Source: Clostridia bacterium
GTDB taxonomy: Bacteria > Bacillota > Clostridia > Christensenellales > Aristaeellaceae
Assembly (NCBI GenBank): GCA_017469025.1
Contig: JAFUHD010000292.1
Coordinates: 1,539 to 65,538 of the forward strand
DNA length: 64,000 bases
Direction of reading: 5' to 3'
The position numbers and the translations under genes were made by a program. Positions 45,565-54,891 of this stretch are shown here, in pieces. A model generated the notes under the pieces. It worked only from the letters and a program-made list of their open reading frames with translations. It did not search any database and was not told the DNA's origin. Numbering within the stretch: position 1 is the stretch's first letter; each line of letters starts with the position of its first letter.

Positions 45565-47226
45565 ATGAGAAATAGTATGAAAGATTTTGTACTGGAAAGG
45601 GATAACTCTTGGCGCAACAGCGAGTATTACCGGTTGAAAAAGTATACCGGCAACAGTCCGTCGGTTGTGATTCCGGAAAATATCAGATACATTGATCAAT
45701 CTGCTTTTCAGGAAAAAAAGGTAGTAATGCTGACGTTTCGGAATTGGCTTGGAATCTTTGAATTGGAAGGGACATTTCCGACAGTAGAAAGTCTGAGATT
45801 TGAGAATGTCAGGCAGCCACGTCTTTCAATTGAGAGTTTGCTGAAGCTTTTTCCAAATATTCGTACAATTGAGTATCCCTCATCGGAAGAACTTACCATT
45901 TGTTATGACAGGAAGGTAAATGAACCCATTGTGTTTCGTCTGCCCTGGGTGTTTATAAAGCGGATATCCGTTCAGAAATATGGTACATCCAGCGTACCTG
46001 AATTAGGTTCGGTAATGATTTTTGCACCGTTTCTCTCTCCGGGAAAGGCAGCACCGGAAATCCGTTGTCAGGTCATAGAGACATTTCTTACGCATCCTGA
46101 GTGGTATGATGACAAAGCGACGGCGATGTATCAAATGTGGATCCGAAAAAATGGTATCAGCTTTCTGCCGTTATGCATGAAAAACGGGTACATGAACCTG
46201 CTTAACAAACTGGTATTTGAACAGAATATACCTTTCACGTCTGCGGCATTTGATGCGATCATTCAGGCAGCTGAGGATCAGAAGGATACGGCACTTAAAG
46301 CAGCCTTCATCGGCGCCAAAGAGAAACATCATGATCTGGCAAAGATCAACCAGAGAATGGAAACACTGGCATCGAATGATCTGGAAAATCCGCTGAGACC
46401 GCATGCGATGCAGCGTCTGTGGTCCTGGTCAAATCAGGAGGATGGGACACTCTGTATTAAAAAGCTGAAATATGATACTGAAGCTCCGATGATGGAAAGC
46501 AGCATTCTGATTCCATCGGAAATTGCCGGGAAAAAAGTTGCTGAAGTTACAGGAGCGGTGTTCAGGGAGTCACAGGCAGAGGAAATTATTTTTCCGGAAT
46601 CCATTGAATGGATTCGTGGAAAGGTGCTTGAAGGGAACCGGGCCATTCAGCGTGTCAGATTTCTGGGACCAGTCAGAATCATTCCGGAAAGTGCTTTTTC
46701 CGGCTGTGAGAATATCAAATCGATTACCTTTTGTGATAAAGAGCAATGGATTGGACGGCCTGATGATCAGCTTTTATCGGAATTCCAGCAGGAATATCCG
46801 GAAAAGCTGGACAGCATTGTGATTCTGAGAAAAGCGTTTGAATACTGCTACAGGATCGAAGGCGTGCGGCTTAACCGTGCTGTTCTTGAGGACTCAGCCT
46901 TTTACAATTCAGGACTCAGAAGGATCCATCTGAGAGATGTGATGGCAATTCCAAAAAGGTGTTTTGAATCCTGTACGATGCTGGAACTTGCAGACATCCA
47001 AGGGACAGTTGTAATTGGGCCAATGGCATTTTACGGGTGTTCGGATCTTCAGGAACTGCATGTTTCCGACAGTCTCACTTCTGTCGGGACGCAGGCATTT
47101 GCTTACTGTAAAAAACTGAGCAGAATTTATCTGCACAATGTCAGCCGGCCGGGACAGATCAGGCGCCTGTTTCAGAATAATGAAAATTACAGAAAAATTG
47201 AATTCATCCAGACAAATGAACCATAA
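45565..47226 (+). CDS. BspA-type LRR (LRR_5-like) protein paralog, no signal peptide
   Basis: C-terminal LRR_5 repeats (IPESAFSGCENIKSITF, LEDSAFYNSGLRRIHL, IPKRCFESCTMLELADI, IGPMAFYGCSDLQELHV, VGTQAFAYCKKLSRIYL). The central helical module is shared with the 55903..57699 product. Confidence 0.8.
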   Translation: MRNSMKDFVLERDNSWRNSEYYRLKKYTGNSPSVVIPENIRYIDQSAFQEKKVVMLTFRNWLGIFELEGTFPTVESLRFENVRQPRLSIESLLKLFPNIRTIEYPSSEELTICYDRKVNEPIVFRLPWVFIKRISVQKYGTSSVPELGSVMIFAPFLSPGKAAPEIRCQVIETFLTHPEWYDDKATAMYQMWIRKNGISFLPLCMKNGYMNLLNKLVFEQNIPFTSAAFDAIIQAAEDQKDTALKAAFIGAKEKHHDLAKINQRMETLASNDLENPLRPHAMQRLWSWSNQEDGTLCIKKLKYDTEAPMMESSILIPSEIAGKKVAEVTGAVFRESQAEEIIFPESIEWIRGKVLEGNRAIQRVRFLGPVRIIPESAFSGCENIKSITFCDKEQWIGRPDDQLLSEFQQEYPEKLDSIVILRKAFEYCYRIEGVRLNRAVLEDSAFYNSGLRRIHLRDVMAIPKRCFESCTMLELADIQGTVVIGPMAFYGCSDLQELHVSDSLTSVGTQAFAYCKKLSRIYLHNVSRPGQIRRLFQNNENYRKIEFIQTNEP

Positions 47227-47374
47227 CTCTCTGCTGACGAAAGCAGATTTTAAACTCAGAAACAGGGCCGTTTTTCACACGGCAGTGATGCGTTGGTATT
47301 TTACCAAAGGCTTAAAATGATGACAAGGGAATCCCGTATGACAAAAAGTTCTGATTACAGAAAAACATACAAAA

Positions 47375-47391
47375 AGCGTGCACAGCACGCT
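47375..47391. terminator. Bidirectional intrinsic terminator (LRR gene / convergent GH2 gene)
   Basis: AGCGTGC ACA GCACGCT, flanked by A5 and T5. Confidence 0.75.
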
Positions 47392-47396
47392 TTTTG

Positions 47397-49193
47397 TTAT
47401 CCTCTGCTGACTGGATTTACATTGATGGAAGCAAGACGTTTCGGGTCTACCTTTGGCCGGCGGTCCGGTGTCAGCAGGCCGTTAATTTCCTGCATGACGT
47501 CCGTCAGCTGAGTGTAGCAGTAGCCCTGACAGTAGGGAATGCTGCGGATGGCATTGGTGACAGATGTGAACCGTTCAAAGAATGCTTCCTCTCCCGTTAC
47601 CTTGTCATGATATCCCCAGGTGGACATACCGCCCATATTTTCCTGCACACCAATATCGGCAAAGGCGATTCCGCCATACTCGGTGATGAGGAATGCTTCC
47701 CGGCCGGTTGGCGTACATCCCTGTGCATAACAGGGGCGCATGTCACAGGAATGCTGCTCAACGTATTTCCGGCTTTCAAAATGGCGGCTCAGCGTATCCC
47801 CGTCTGCAGCATAGTCATGCAGTGCACAAAGATCGGTTTTTACCTGTTCCCAGCCGTCATTGGATGAGCAGAGCCGGGTATTGTCCAGGGCTTTGGTCAG
47901 GTAATAGAGCATCCTGGCAGCAGCCTGCTGTCTGGGATTTGTGCAGATATTCTGAACGCCCCAGCTTTCATTGAGCGGAACCCAGCAGATGATGGATGGA
48001 TGATTAAAGTCTCTCAGGATAAATGCCCGCATGGTATCCATGAGATGCCGGACAGTATCGTCTGAATAATCATAGGCAGATGGCAGTTCGCCCCAGACGA
48101 GCAGACCCAGGCGGTCCGCCCAGTAGTAATAACGGGGATCCTCCATTTTCTGGTGTTTTCTGGCACCGTTATACCCGAATGCCTTTGTTAATTCGATATC
48201 CCTGCGTATTGCTTCGTCAGAGGGCGGCGTCAGCAGGGACTCCGGCCACATTCCCTGATCCAGTATCAGGCGCTGGTACAGGAGGTGATTGTTCAGGTAA
48301 ACCATACCGTCCCGGACTTCAATTTTCCGCATGCCAAAGTAAGTGCTGACATGGTCAAGTGCTGTATCGCCGTCCAGCAGCTCTGTGGAAAGGTCATAAA
48401 GATTCGGATGCTCCGGAGACCAGTGACGGACCGGGTCGAGACGGCCGGATACGATCATGTCCACGGGAATCCGTGTAATGCGGTCCGTTACAGAGACAGA
48501 TACAGTGCGGACAGGTCTGCCGTCAAAGCTGACTGTCAGGCGGAGCAGGAGCGGTTTTTTGATCATCTGATTCAATGTAATTTCGGCTGTGAACAGATGA
48601 TGGTCAATGTCGGGCGTTACATGAATCGTACGGATGTACAGATCGGATACCGCCTCAAGGTACACGGTCTGCCAGATGCCGCTGACGGGTGTATACCAGC
48701 AGCCCATAAGACCGCGTTCCCAGTACTGTTTGCCGCGCGGCTGTGTGGTATCCGGGTCATCCTGCACCCTGATGCAGAGGCTGTTTTCTCCTTCATTGAG
48801 ATACGTTGTAATGTCAAAGTCAAAGGGACTGTAGCCGCCCTCATGGGTACCGGCGAGCTGTCCATTGATGTAGACACGACAGGCAAAGTCGACTGCTCCA
48901 AAACGCAGAAGCAGATTTCTGCCCTGCATTTCGGCAGGAACAGTAAAAGTACGCTTGTACCAGAGCACCGGATGAATTTCATCTGTCGGTCCGATACCGC
49001 TTATTTCTGTTTGATAGGCAAACGGCACCAGGATCGTTCTGTCGAAAACTGTATCCGGGAGATACCACCTTTGGGCAAGGCCAGTATCGTTATCATCAAA
49101 GGCAAACTGCCATTTGCCGTTCAGATTCAGAAAAGTATCACGCATGAAGTCCGGACGTGGATGTTCCGGCCGTGGAATGGATGGAGTATTCAT
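47397..49193 (-). CDS. Glycoside hydrolase family 2 (beta-galactosidase/beta-glucuronidase-like)
   Basis: It has a GH2 sugar-binding N-domain pattern and a TIM-barrel acid/base region NHPSIICWVPLNESWG. GGAGGA lies upstream. Confidence 0.85.
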   Translation of the reverse strand: MNTPSIPRPEHPRPDFMRDTFLNLNGKWQFAFDDNDTGLAQRWYLPDTVFDRTILVPFAYQTEISGIGPTDEIHPVLWYKRTFTVPAEMQGRNLLLRFGAVDFACRVYINGQLAGTHEGGYSPFDFDITTYLNEGENSLCIRVQDDPDTTQPRGKQYWERGLMGCWYTPVSGIWQTVYLEAVSDLYIRTIHVTPDIDHHLFTAEITLNQMIKKPLLLRLTVSFDGRPVRTVSVSVTDRITRIPVDMIVSGRLDPVRHWSPEHPNLYDLSTELLDGDTALDHVSTYFGMRKIEVRDGMVYLNNHLLYQRLILDQGMWPESLLTPPSDEAIRRDIELTKAFGYNGARKHQKMEDPRYYYWADRLGLLVWGELPSAYDYSDDTVRHLMDTMRAFILRDFNHPSIICWVPLNESWGVQNICTNPRQQAAARMLYYLTKALDNTRLCSSNDGWEQVKTDLCALHDYAADGDTLSRHFESRKYVEQHSCDMRPCYAQGCTPTGREAFLITEYGGIAFADIGVQENMGGMSTWGYHDKVTGEEAFFERFTSVTNAIRSIPYCQGYCYTQLTDVMQEINGLLTPDRRPKVDPKRLASINVNPVSRG

Positions 49194-49238
49194 AACAGTC
49201 CTCCGTTATCTGGCTGTTGATTCTGTGCAAAACTGTTT

Positions 49239-50192
49239 TTATGACAACTGCTGCATGCTGGCTTTCATGATCAGAAAAAACGCCTGGCCCTCCGGTGCAG
49301 TACCGGGTGCATCAAACCGTGGTGCACCGCAGACAGGATATACGAACCCGTCCGGCCGGAGAGCACGCATGGCTGCATCCGCCATTCTTTCTGCGGCGTC
49401 TGAATAAGGTGCTTCATGCCTTATCCACTTGTTTTTGAAGGCTGTAAAGAGAACGGATGCACACATCTGGGACAGATTTACCTCAGGGAAAGTCGACGGG
49501 TTATCCACAATATTGTGGAAAAGTCCGTCATTCCGCAGCCAGGGCAAAAGTGCGTCAGTCAGGCGGCGCAACAGGCAGATCATACGGGTCTGACATGCGC
49601 CGGCAGTCAGGAGCGGAATGATGCGCGCGATGGCGCACAGCGCCCAGCCATTGCCGACACCCCAGTGGTTTGGATTGATAAAAGTTCGTGTGGCATCGTC
49701 ATAGCGGTGAGCCAGCAGACCGCTTTCATCCTGAAGACAGGAAAAATAGCCTTCCACCATAGCAGCTGCTTCTTCCGGAAAACCGGCTTCGGCAAGGAAC
49801 GGGGGCAGCATGTAAATGGAATCGGCCCAGATTTCCTGTGAGTCCAGGAAATGATAGACAAGTCCGTCTCTGGAACGGGGTGCTTTTTCTCTGGCCCACT
49901 GAAGCAGGGATTGTGCACCGGCAAGAAGATCCGGATCCTGCTTTTTTTTCGCAATATAAAGAAGTGGTCCGCCAATACTGCACGGGTCCGTGGCGGCTGT
50001 TTCGCCGCCAACGATGCCGGCACGTCCGTCAGGCTGCTGACGCAGGACAGCATCCTTGGCCATCAGGTAAAGCAGGTCGTCCCGCCCGATAGCCCGTATG
50101 GCTTCCATGGCAATCCCCTGTTCCCAGGCATGCCGCTGTGAACAGAGCAGGGCGGACAATACAGGGTTTATCTGTTCGGAAAAAGCGCTCAT
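49239..50192 (-). CDS. Glycoside hydrolase family 88/105 (unsaturated glucuronyl/rhamnogalacturonyl hydrolase-like)
   Basis: The start is set at ATG 50192 (GGAGG 7 nt upstream). Motifs are IWADSIYMLPPFLA and HWGVGNGWAL. Confidence 0.8.
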   Translation of the reverse strand: MSAFSEQINPVLSALLCSQRHAWEQGIAMEAIRAIGRDDLLYLMAKDAVLRQQPDGRAGIVGGETAATDPCSIGGPLLYIAKKKQDPDLLAGAQSLLQWAREKAPRSRDGLVYHFLDSQEIWADSIYMLPPFLAEAGFPEEAAAMVEGYFSCLQDESGLLAHRYDDATRTFINPNHWGVGNGWALCAIARIIPLLTAGACQTRMICLLRRLTDALLPWLRNDGLFHNIVDNPSTFPEVNLSQMCASVLFTAFKNKWIRHEAPYSDAAERMADAAMRALRPDGFVYPVCGAPRFDAPGTAPEGQAFFLIMKASMQQLS

Positions 50193-50218
50193 GTGAATGC
50201 CTCCGGTATGAGTATTTG

Positions 50219-51745
50219 TCAACAGGACACTGTCTGCCGGATGATCTGTACTGCCATGTACTGCTTTCCGGGCAGTTCAATCCGGAATCTGCCGGTATGG
50301 ATGCCGCGTTCCTCAATCAGCATGTTCCAGGTATCAATGACGCGGACGCGGAACGGTGTGTCATTGTCAAAGTAGAAATCGCGGAATGAGGGACGCATGA
50401 AGCTGTAATAGTAGAGGTAATAACTCTTGACCGGCAGCATGAATTCGGATTCCGGAACAGCACAGACCTCATCCCATCCGCAGTGTTCATATGGCGCAAG
50501 TCCGATGCCTGGCGTCATGCAGAGAATTTCGGAGAGCAGATCCAGCCGTTTCCAGCTTTCACCGTGCAGCAGGCCGCCGTGAGACCACCAGAGCACATCG
50601 TCCGGATTCATATAGGTTTCACCGTGTCCCGGATAACCGCCGCGGCAGGCAGCTTCCCAGAACCGCCGGTTCATCTCTTCGGGGGTGATGTTGCCCCAGC
50701 CGTGCTGAATGTTTCCTTCATAGGCAATTTCGTCCAGTACGATGGGCTTGCGGTACCTTGCCCGCCATTCATTGACCTGTTCACTGGAACGGTAAAGATC
50801 CTGACGCTGGATGCTGCAGTGGGTAATCCAGGGACGGCTGTGGTCATAGAATGCCCTGCAGTTATGGATGGAACGCAGGTGCTGATAAGGATCGCTTGCA
50901 CAGAGAATGGAGGCATACCGTTCCCAGTCGGAAAGTGTCTTTGATGGCAGAAGGTCATATTCATTGGCCAGGGACCACCATATATTCCTGAAAGCTGCAA
51001 ACCGGGCTATGGCATAGCGCCAGTACAGGTCATCCTGCTCCGGCGTCATGGAGGAAAAGCCCCAGCGGTCATACGGATGCATCATGATGAGATCTGCTTC
51101 GATGCCTAGGCGCTGGAGTTCAAGAATACAGTGTTCGATATGGCGGAAGTATTCCGGATTGAACCGGGTATAATCGAACGCATTCCCTTCGGTTTTGAAG
51201 GTATATTCGTAGAAGTTATCCCTGGTCAGCACACTGCTGTCCATTGGTGTGCCTTCATAGGGATATGAACGCGGTTCACCAAGATTGTAATCATAATGTT
51301 TGGGGAAGATGCAGAAGCGGATTTTGTTGAAAGCGCTTTCTCTGAGGCTTTGCAGCGTCTCGGAAATGCGTTCGTCAGACTGCAGATGCCAGACATAGCA
51401 GGTGGTGCCAAGCGGATAATAAGGGGTTCCGTCAGCATAAGCAAAGTGATATCCGCCTGCAACATGAACGGGGCCGTGACTGTCCACAGCAGGCGGTAAA
51501 ACGGTAAAGCAGCCTTCGACACGTCCGCCGCCATAGCTGCCATCCAGAACATAGGTGTATTCACCTTCGAATGACGGCATGAATCTGACTCGGTAAGTCC
51601 CGTTTCCGTCGTAAAATCCATCTACGGAAATCCGTTCACTGGAACCTTCAAAGACAGCGGAAACCGTTCGCTCCAGATATGGATTGCCTTCACTGGCTCC
51701 ATGTACGCTGATCTCAAAAACATCCCATTTTCTCACAGTAACCAT
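50219..51745 (-). CDS. Putative glycoside hydrolase with DUF5060/DUF4038/DUF5605-like architecture
   Basis: It has an N-terminal Ig-like block (WDVFEISVHG ... YRVRFMPSFEGEYTY) followed by a (beta/alpha)8-like region with WSLANEY. The family call comes from memory of this architecture only. Confidence 0.6.
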   Translation of the reverse strand: MVTVRKWDVFEISVHGASEGNPYLERTVSAVFEGSSERISVDGFYDGNGTYRVRFMPSFEGEYTYVLDGSYGGGRVEGCFTVLPPAVDSHGPVHVAGGYHFAYADGTPYYPLGTTCYVWHLQSDERISETLQSLRESAFNKIRFCIFPKHYDYNLGEPRSYPYEGTPMDSSVLTRDNFYEYTFKTEGNAFDYTRFNPEYFRHIEHCILELQRLGIEADLIMMHPYDRWGFSSMTPEQDDLYWRYAIARFAAFRNIWWSLANEYDLLPSKTLSDWERYASILCASDPYQHLRSIHNCRAFYDHSRPWITHCSIQRQDLYRSSEQVNEWRARYRKPIVLDEIAYEGNIQHGWGNITPEEMNRRFWEAACRGGYPGHGETYMNPDDVLWWSHGGLLHGESWKRLDLLSEILCMTPGIGLAPYEHCGWDEVCAVPESEFMLPVKSYYLYYYSFMRPSFRDFYFDNDTPFRVRVIDTWNMLIEERGIHTGRFRIELPGKQYMAVQIIRQTVSC

Positions 51746-52045
51746 TGGAAAAGGCGTCCTTTCACTTTAATGGCGGATACAGCGGGCAGGGCACATATCC
51801 ACTAAGTATTATAGGGAATCTTCGGGCTTAGATCAAGTGCAGATACACCGTCATATTTTTGACAGTCTTTTGAAAGGGATGTTCCAAAATTTTAAGAATA
51901 TGGACTGTTCAGTTCATCATGACGGCGCAGCCTGTTTCAATGCAGGAAACAATCCCATGGGCATCCGGCAGCGAATCAGAAAGGCGGATGATATCGGGAA
52001 AGAGAGAAAACTGCATCTGAAAAAATGACACATGGAACGATGAAA

Positions 52046-52078
52046 AACCGATAATCAAAACGATTCGTTCGGTTTTTT
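52046..52078 (+). terminator. Intrinsic terminator with no annotated gene upstream
   Basis: AACCGA-t-AATC-aaaac-GATT-cgt-TCGGTT followed by TTTT. Confidence 0.55.
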
Positions 52079-52151
52079 GCAGCATTCAAGGGTCTTCAAG
52101 GGTCTTTGAAACAAGGCCATGGAAAAGCCGGACATCTGGTCCATGTTTCTG

Positions 52152-52180
52152 TTGCCCGGATTCGTGAATTTCGTTATAAT
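52152..52180 (+). promoter_or_regulatory. Candidate sigma-A promoter of the dehydrogenase operon
   Basis: TTGCCC (52152..52157), a 17-nt spacer and TATAAT (52175..52180). Confidence 0.5.
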
Positions 52181-52213
52181 GATGCCAACAGATTACTTTT
52201 TTGGAGTGTAAAT

Positions 52214-53176
52214 ATGGAACGCAAAATTGTGATGGTTATGCCGAATCTTACGGCAGAACTGAAGGCGTGTATTGAGTCAGAGGCCGTATCACTTGGATTT
52301 GTTCCTTACTTTTTTAAAACGCCGGAGGATGCTGAGGAGACCGTAAAGGATGCGGAAATTCTCTTTGGAAATGTGCCCGGACTCTGTGCGCACGCATCCG
52401 GGCTTAAATGGATGTGTACAGCGAACGCGGGTGTTGAGCCGTATCTCAAGCCGGGTGTACTGCCGACACCTGAAACGGTTCTGACGAACTCTTCCGGTGC
52501 ATACGGCGTAACAATTGCGGAGCACATTGTCATGGTAACTCTGGAGATGATGCGCCGTGAGGCAGAATACAGGGAGATTGTTAAGGCACATACGTGGAAG
52601 AGGGACCTTAAAATCAGTTCCATCTATGATTCCAGAATAACCATGCTGGGAACCGGGGACATAGGTCGGAAGGCGGCGGTGCGTCTGCGAGGATTTGGAC
52701 CAAAGTGCATTGTTGGGATCAGCCGGAGCGGCAGAAGGGTTCCGGAGATGGATCAGAATTATACGGTGGAGGCACTTGACCGGATTCTTCCTGAAACGGA
52801 TCTTCTGATCATGTCGCTGCCAGGCACACAGGAAACCATGCATATCATGAATGAGGCACGTCTCAGGAAACTGCCGGAAACCGCATACCTGGTGAATGTC
52901 GGGCGCGGCAACGCGATAGACCAGGCAGCACTTGAACAATGTCTGCGCGGGGAACGGCTGGCTGGAGCAGCACTGGATGTCTTCGAGACAGAGCCAGTGC
53001 CGGCAGATGCATCCATCTGGAGCTGCCCGCATCTGCACATTACGCCGCATACAGCTGGAAACATGACCCTTACACATACGGTCCGCTTTATTGTGGAACA
53101 GTTTTTGACGAATCTGCAGAATTATGCTGCCGGAAGACCGATGAATGCCGTGGTGGATCGGCAGATGGGTTATTAA
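52214..53176 (+). CDS. D-isomer-specific 2-hydroxyacid dehydrogenase family protein
   Basis: The start is set at ATG 52214. The NAD-binding motif is GTGDIGRK, and NVGRG and HITPHTAG are also present. Confidence 0.85.
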   Translation: MERKIVMVMPNLTAELKACIESEAVSLGFVPYFFKTPEDAEETVKDAEILFGNVPGLCAHASGLKWMCTANAGVEPYLKPGVLPTPETVLTNSSGAYGVTIAEHIVMVTLEMMRREAEYREIVKAHTWKRDLKISSIYDSRITMLGTGDIGRKAAVRLRGFGPKCIVGISRSGRRVPEMDQNYTVEALDRILPETDLLIMSLPGTQETMHIMNEARLRKLPETAYLVNVGRGNAIDQAALEQCLRGERLAGAALDVFETEPVPADASIWSCPHLHITPHTAGNMTLTHTVRFIVEQFLTNLQNYAAGRPMNAVVDRQMGY

Positions 53177-53193
53177 CACTGGGAGGAAGACAT

Positions 53194-54798
53194 ATGAGAC
53201 TGACAATAGACGGACTTGGAAGTCCGGAATGGGCAGAAAAAGGAATTCATCTGCCTGAATTCGATATTGGAAAAGTCAGAGAGCGTACCTGTGAACATCC
53301 TGTGTGGGTACACTTTGGCGTGGGAAACATCTTCCGCATTTTTAACGGAGGCATCGCAGACCGACTGATTGAAGCCGGTGAACTGGACCGTGGTATCACC
53401 TGTGTGGAAACATTTGATTTTGAGGTGATTGACCGCGTGTACCGTCCACATGATAATCTGGCACTGGCGGTTACGCTGTATGGAGACGGTACCACGGATA
53501 AACGGGTCATCGGATCTCTCAGCGAGGCAGTTGCCATGCGTCCCCATGATCACGCGGCGAGGGAACGTCTGTGGACGATTTTTACAGATCCGGGTCTTCA
53601 AATGGTGTCCTTTACCATTACAGAGAAAGGATATGCCCTGAAAAACGCGTCAGGCGCTTATTTTGACTTTGTAAGGGCGGATATTGAGCAGGGACCTGCT
53701 ACTGTAACCAGTGCTGTTTCGCTGGTGGTTTCCCTGCTTCTTGACCGCTATCTGGCGGGCGGCGCCAGCCTTGCACTGGTTTCCATGGACAATGTATCGC
53801 ACAATGGTGAAAAACTGCGTAATGCCGTTATTGAAATTGCGGAGGCGTGGCAGGACAGGGGCTATTGTCAGGAAGGGTTCCTTGCGTATATACGGGATGA
53901 ATCCCGGATTGCATTTCCATGGACAATGATTGACAAAATTACGCCGAGACCGAGCGAGAGCACACAGGCACTGCTGACAGATCTCGGTGTATCGGATATG
54001 GATATCGTCATAACGGACAAAAAGACGTATATCGCTCCGTTCGTCAATGCAGAAGGTCCCCAGTATCTGGTTGTGGAGGATCATTTTCCAAACGGCCGGC
54101 CGGCATTTGATAAAGCTGGCGTGTATCTGTGCAGCCGGGATACGGTCAATGCAGCCGAACGGATGAAAGTGACTGTCTGTCTGAATCCGCTCCATACGGC
54201 GCTGGCACCGTATGGCTGTATACTGGGGTATACCCGTTTTTCGGATGTTATGCAGGATCCGGAAATGCAGCTGCTGGTCCACAGGGTTGCAGATGAAGGT
54301 ATGAAAGTGGTCCATGATCCGGGAATTCTGTCTCCGAAAGCGTTTATTGACGAATGTATCAATGTCCGTTTTCCAAATCCGTACATTCCCGATACACCGC
54401 AGCGTATAGCAGTAGATACATCCCAGATGGTTGGCATCCGGTTTGGCGAAACCATTAAGGAATATGTAACTGCACAGGGAAGTGCTGCATGTCTGTCCGG
54501 AATTCCGCTGGCAATAGCCGGATGGTTCCGTTATCTGCTGGGCAGGGATGAGTCGGGGAATGCATTTGAACTTTCTCCGGATCCCATGAATGCGGAACTT
54601 CAGTCAGCGCTTGCGGGTATTGAGATCGGCAGACCTGAAACGTATCAGGGACAGCTGAAACCCTTCCTGCACAATAAGAGTATCTTTGGCAGTGATCTGT
54701 ATGAAGCCGGAATCGGTGAAAAGATCGAAACCATGTTCTGCGAGGAAATTGCAGAGTTTGGTGCTGTCCGCGCAGTCATCCGGAAATATCTGGCATAA
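53194..54798 (+). CDS. Mannitol dehydrogenase family oxidoreductase (fructuronate/tagaturonate reductase-like)
   Basis: The start is set at ATG 53194 (GGGAGGAAG upstream). It has the N-terminal Rossmann motif VHFGVGNIFR. The 534-aa length and pattern are typical of the UxuB/UxaB family. Confidence 0.75.
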   Translation: MRLTIDGLGSPEWAEKGIHLPEFDIGKVRERTCEHPVWVHFGVGNIFRIFNGGIADRLIEAGELDRGITCVETFDFEVIDRVYRPHDNLALAVTLYGDGTTDKRVIGSLSEAVAMRPHDHAARERLWTIFTDPGLQMVSFTITEKGYALKNASGAYFDFVRADIEQGPATVTSAVSLVVSLLLDRYLAGGASLALVSMDNVSHNGEKLRNAVIEIAEAWQDRGYCQEGFLAYIRDESRIAFPWTMIDKITPRPSESTQALLTDLGVSDMDIVITDKKTYIAPFVNAEGPQYLVVEDHFPNGRPAFDKAGVYLCSRDTVNAAERMKVTVCLNPLHTALAPYGCILGYTRFSDVMQDPEMQLLVHRVADEGMKVVHDPGILSPKAFIDECINVRFPNPYIPDTPQRIAVDTSQMVGIRFGETIKEYVTAQGSAACLSGIPLAIAGWFRYLLGRDESGNAFELSPDPMNAELQSALAGIEIGRPETYQGQLKPFLHNKSIFGSDLYEAGIGEKIETMFCEEIAEFGAVRAVIRKYLA

Positions 54799-54855
54799 AT
54801 AACCGGGGACGGCATTGCCGTTCCCAAAAACCGGTATATAAACTGGTATAAAAAA

Positions 54856-54880
54856 GCAGGGACGGCATTGCCGTTCCTGC
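54856..54880 (-). terminator. Intrinsic terminator of the HTH-HisKA-REC gene
   Basis: GCAGGGACGGCA-T-TGCCGTTCCTGC, followed on the minus strand by TTTTTTAT. A second copy of the 19-20 nt core lies at 54806..54825. Confidence 0.65.
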
Positions 54881-54891
54881 TGATAGTGTTT

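Noticed and set aside
52939-53193. Long N-terminal extensions suggested by the ORF track: 52939 for the mannitol-dehydrogenase-family gene, and likewise 52106, 55684, 9855, 28811, 60809 and 15507
   Set aside because: The extensions overlap the preceding or divergent gene and lack SDs. Internal ATGs with good SDs give proteins of canonical length and N-termini, so the shorter starts were used.
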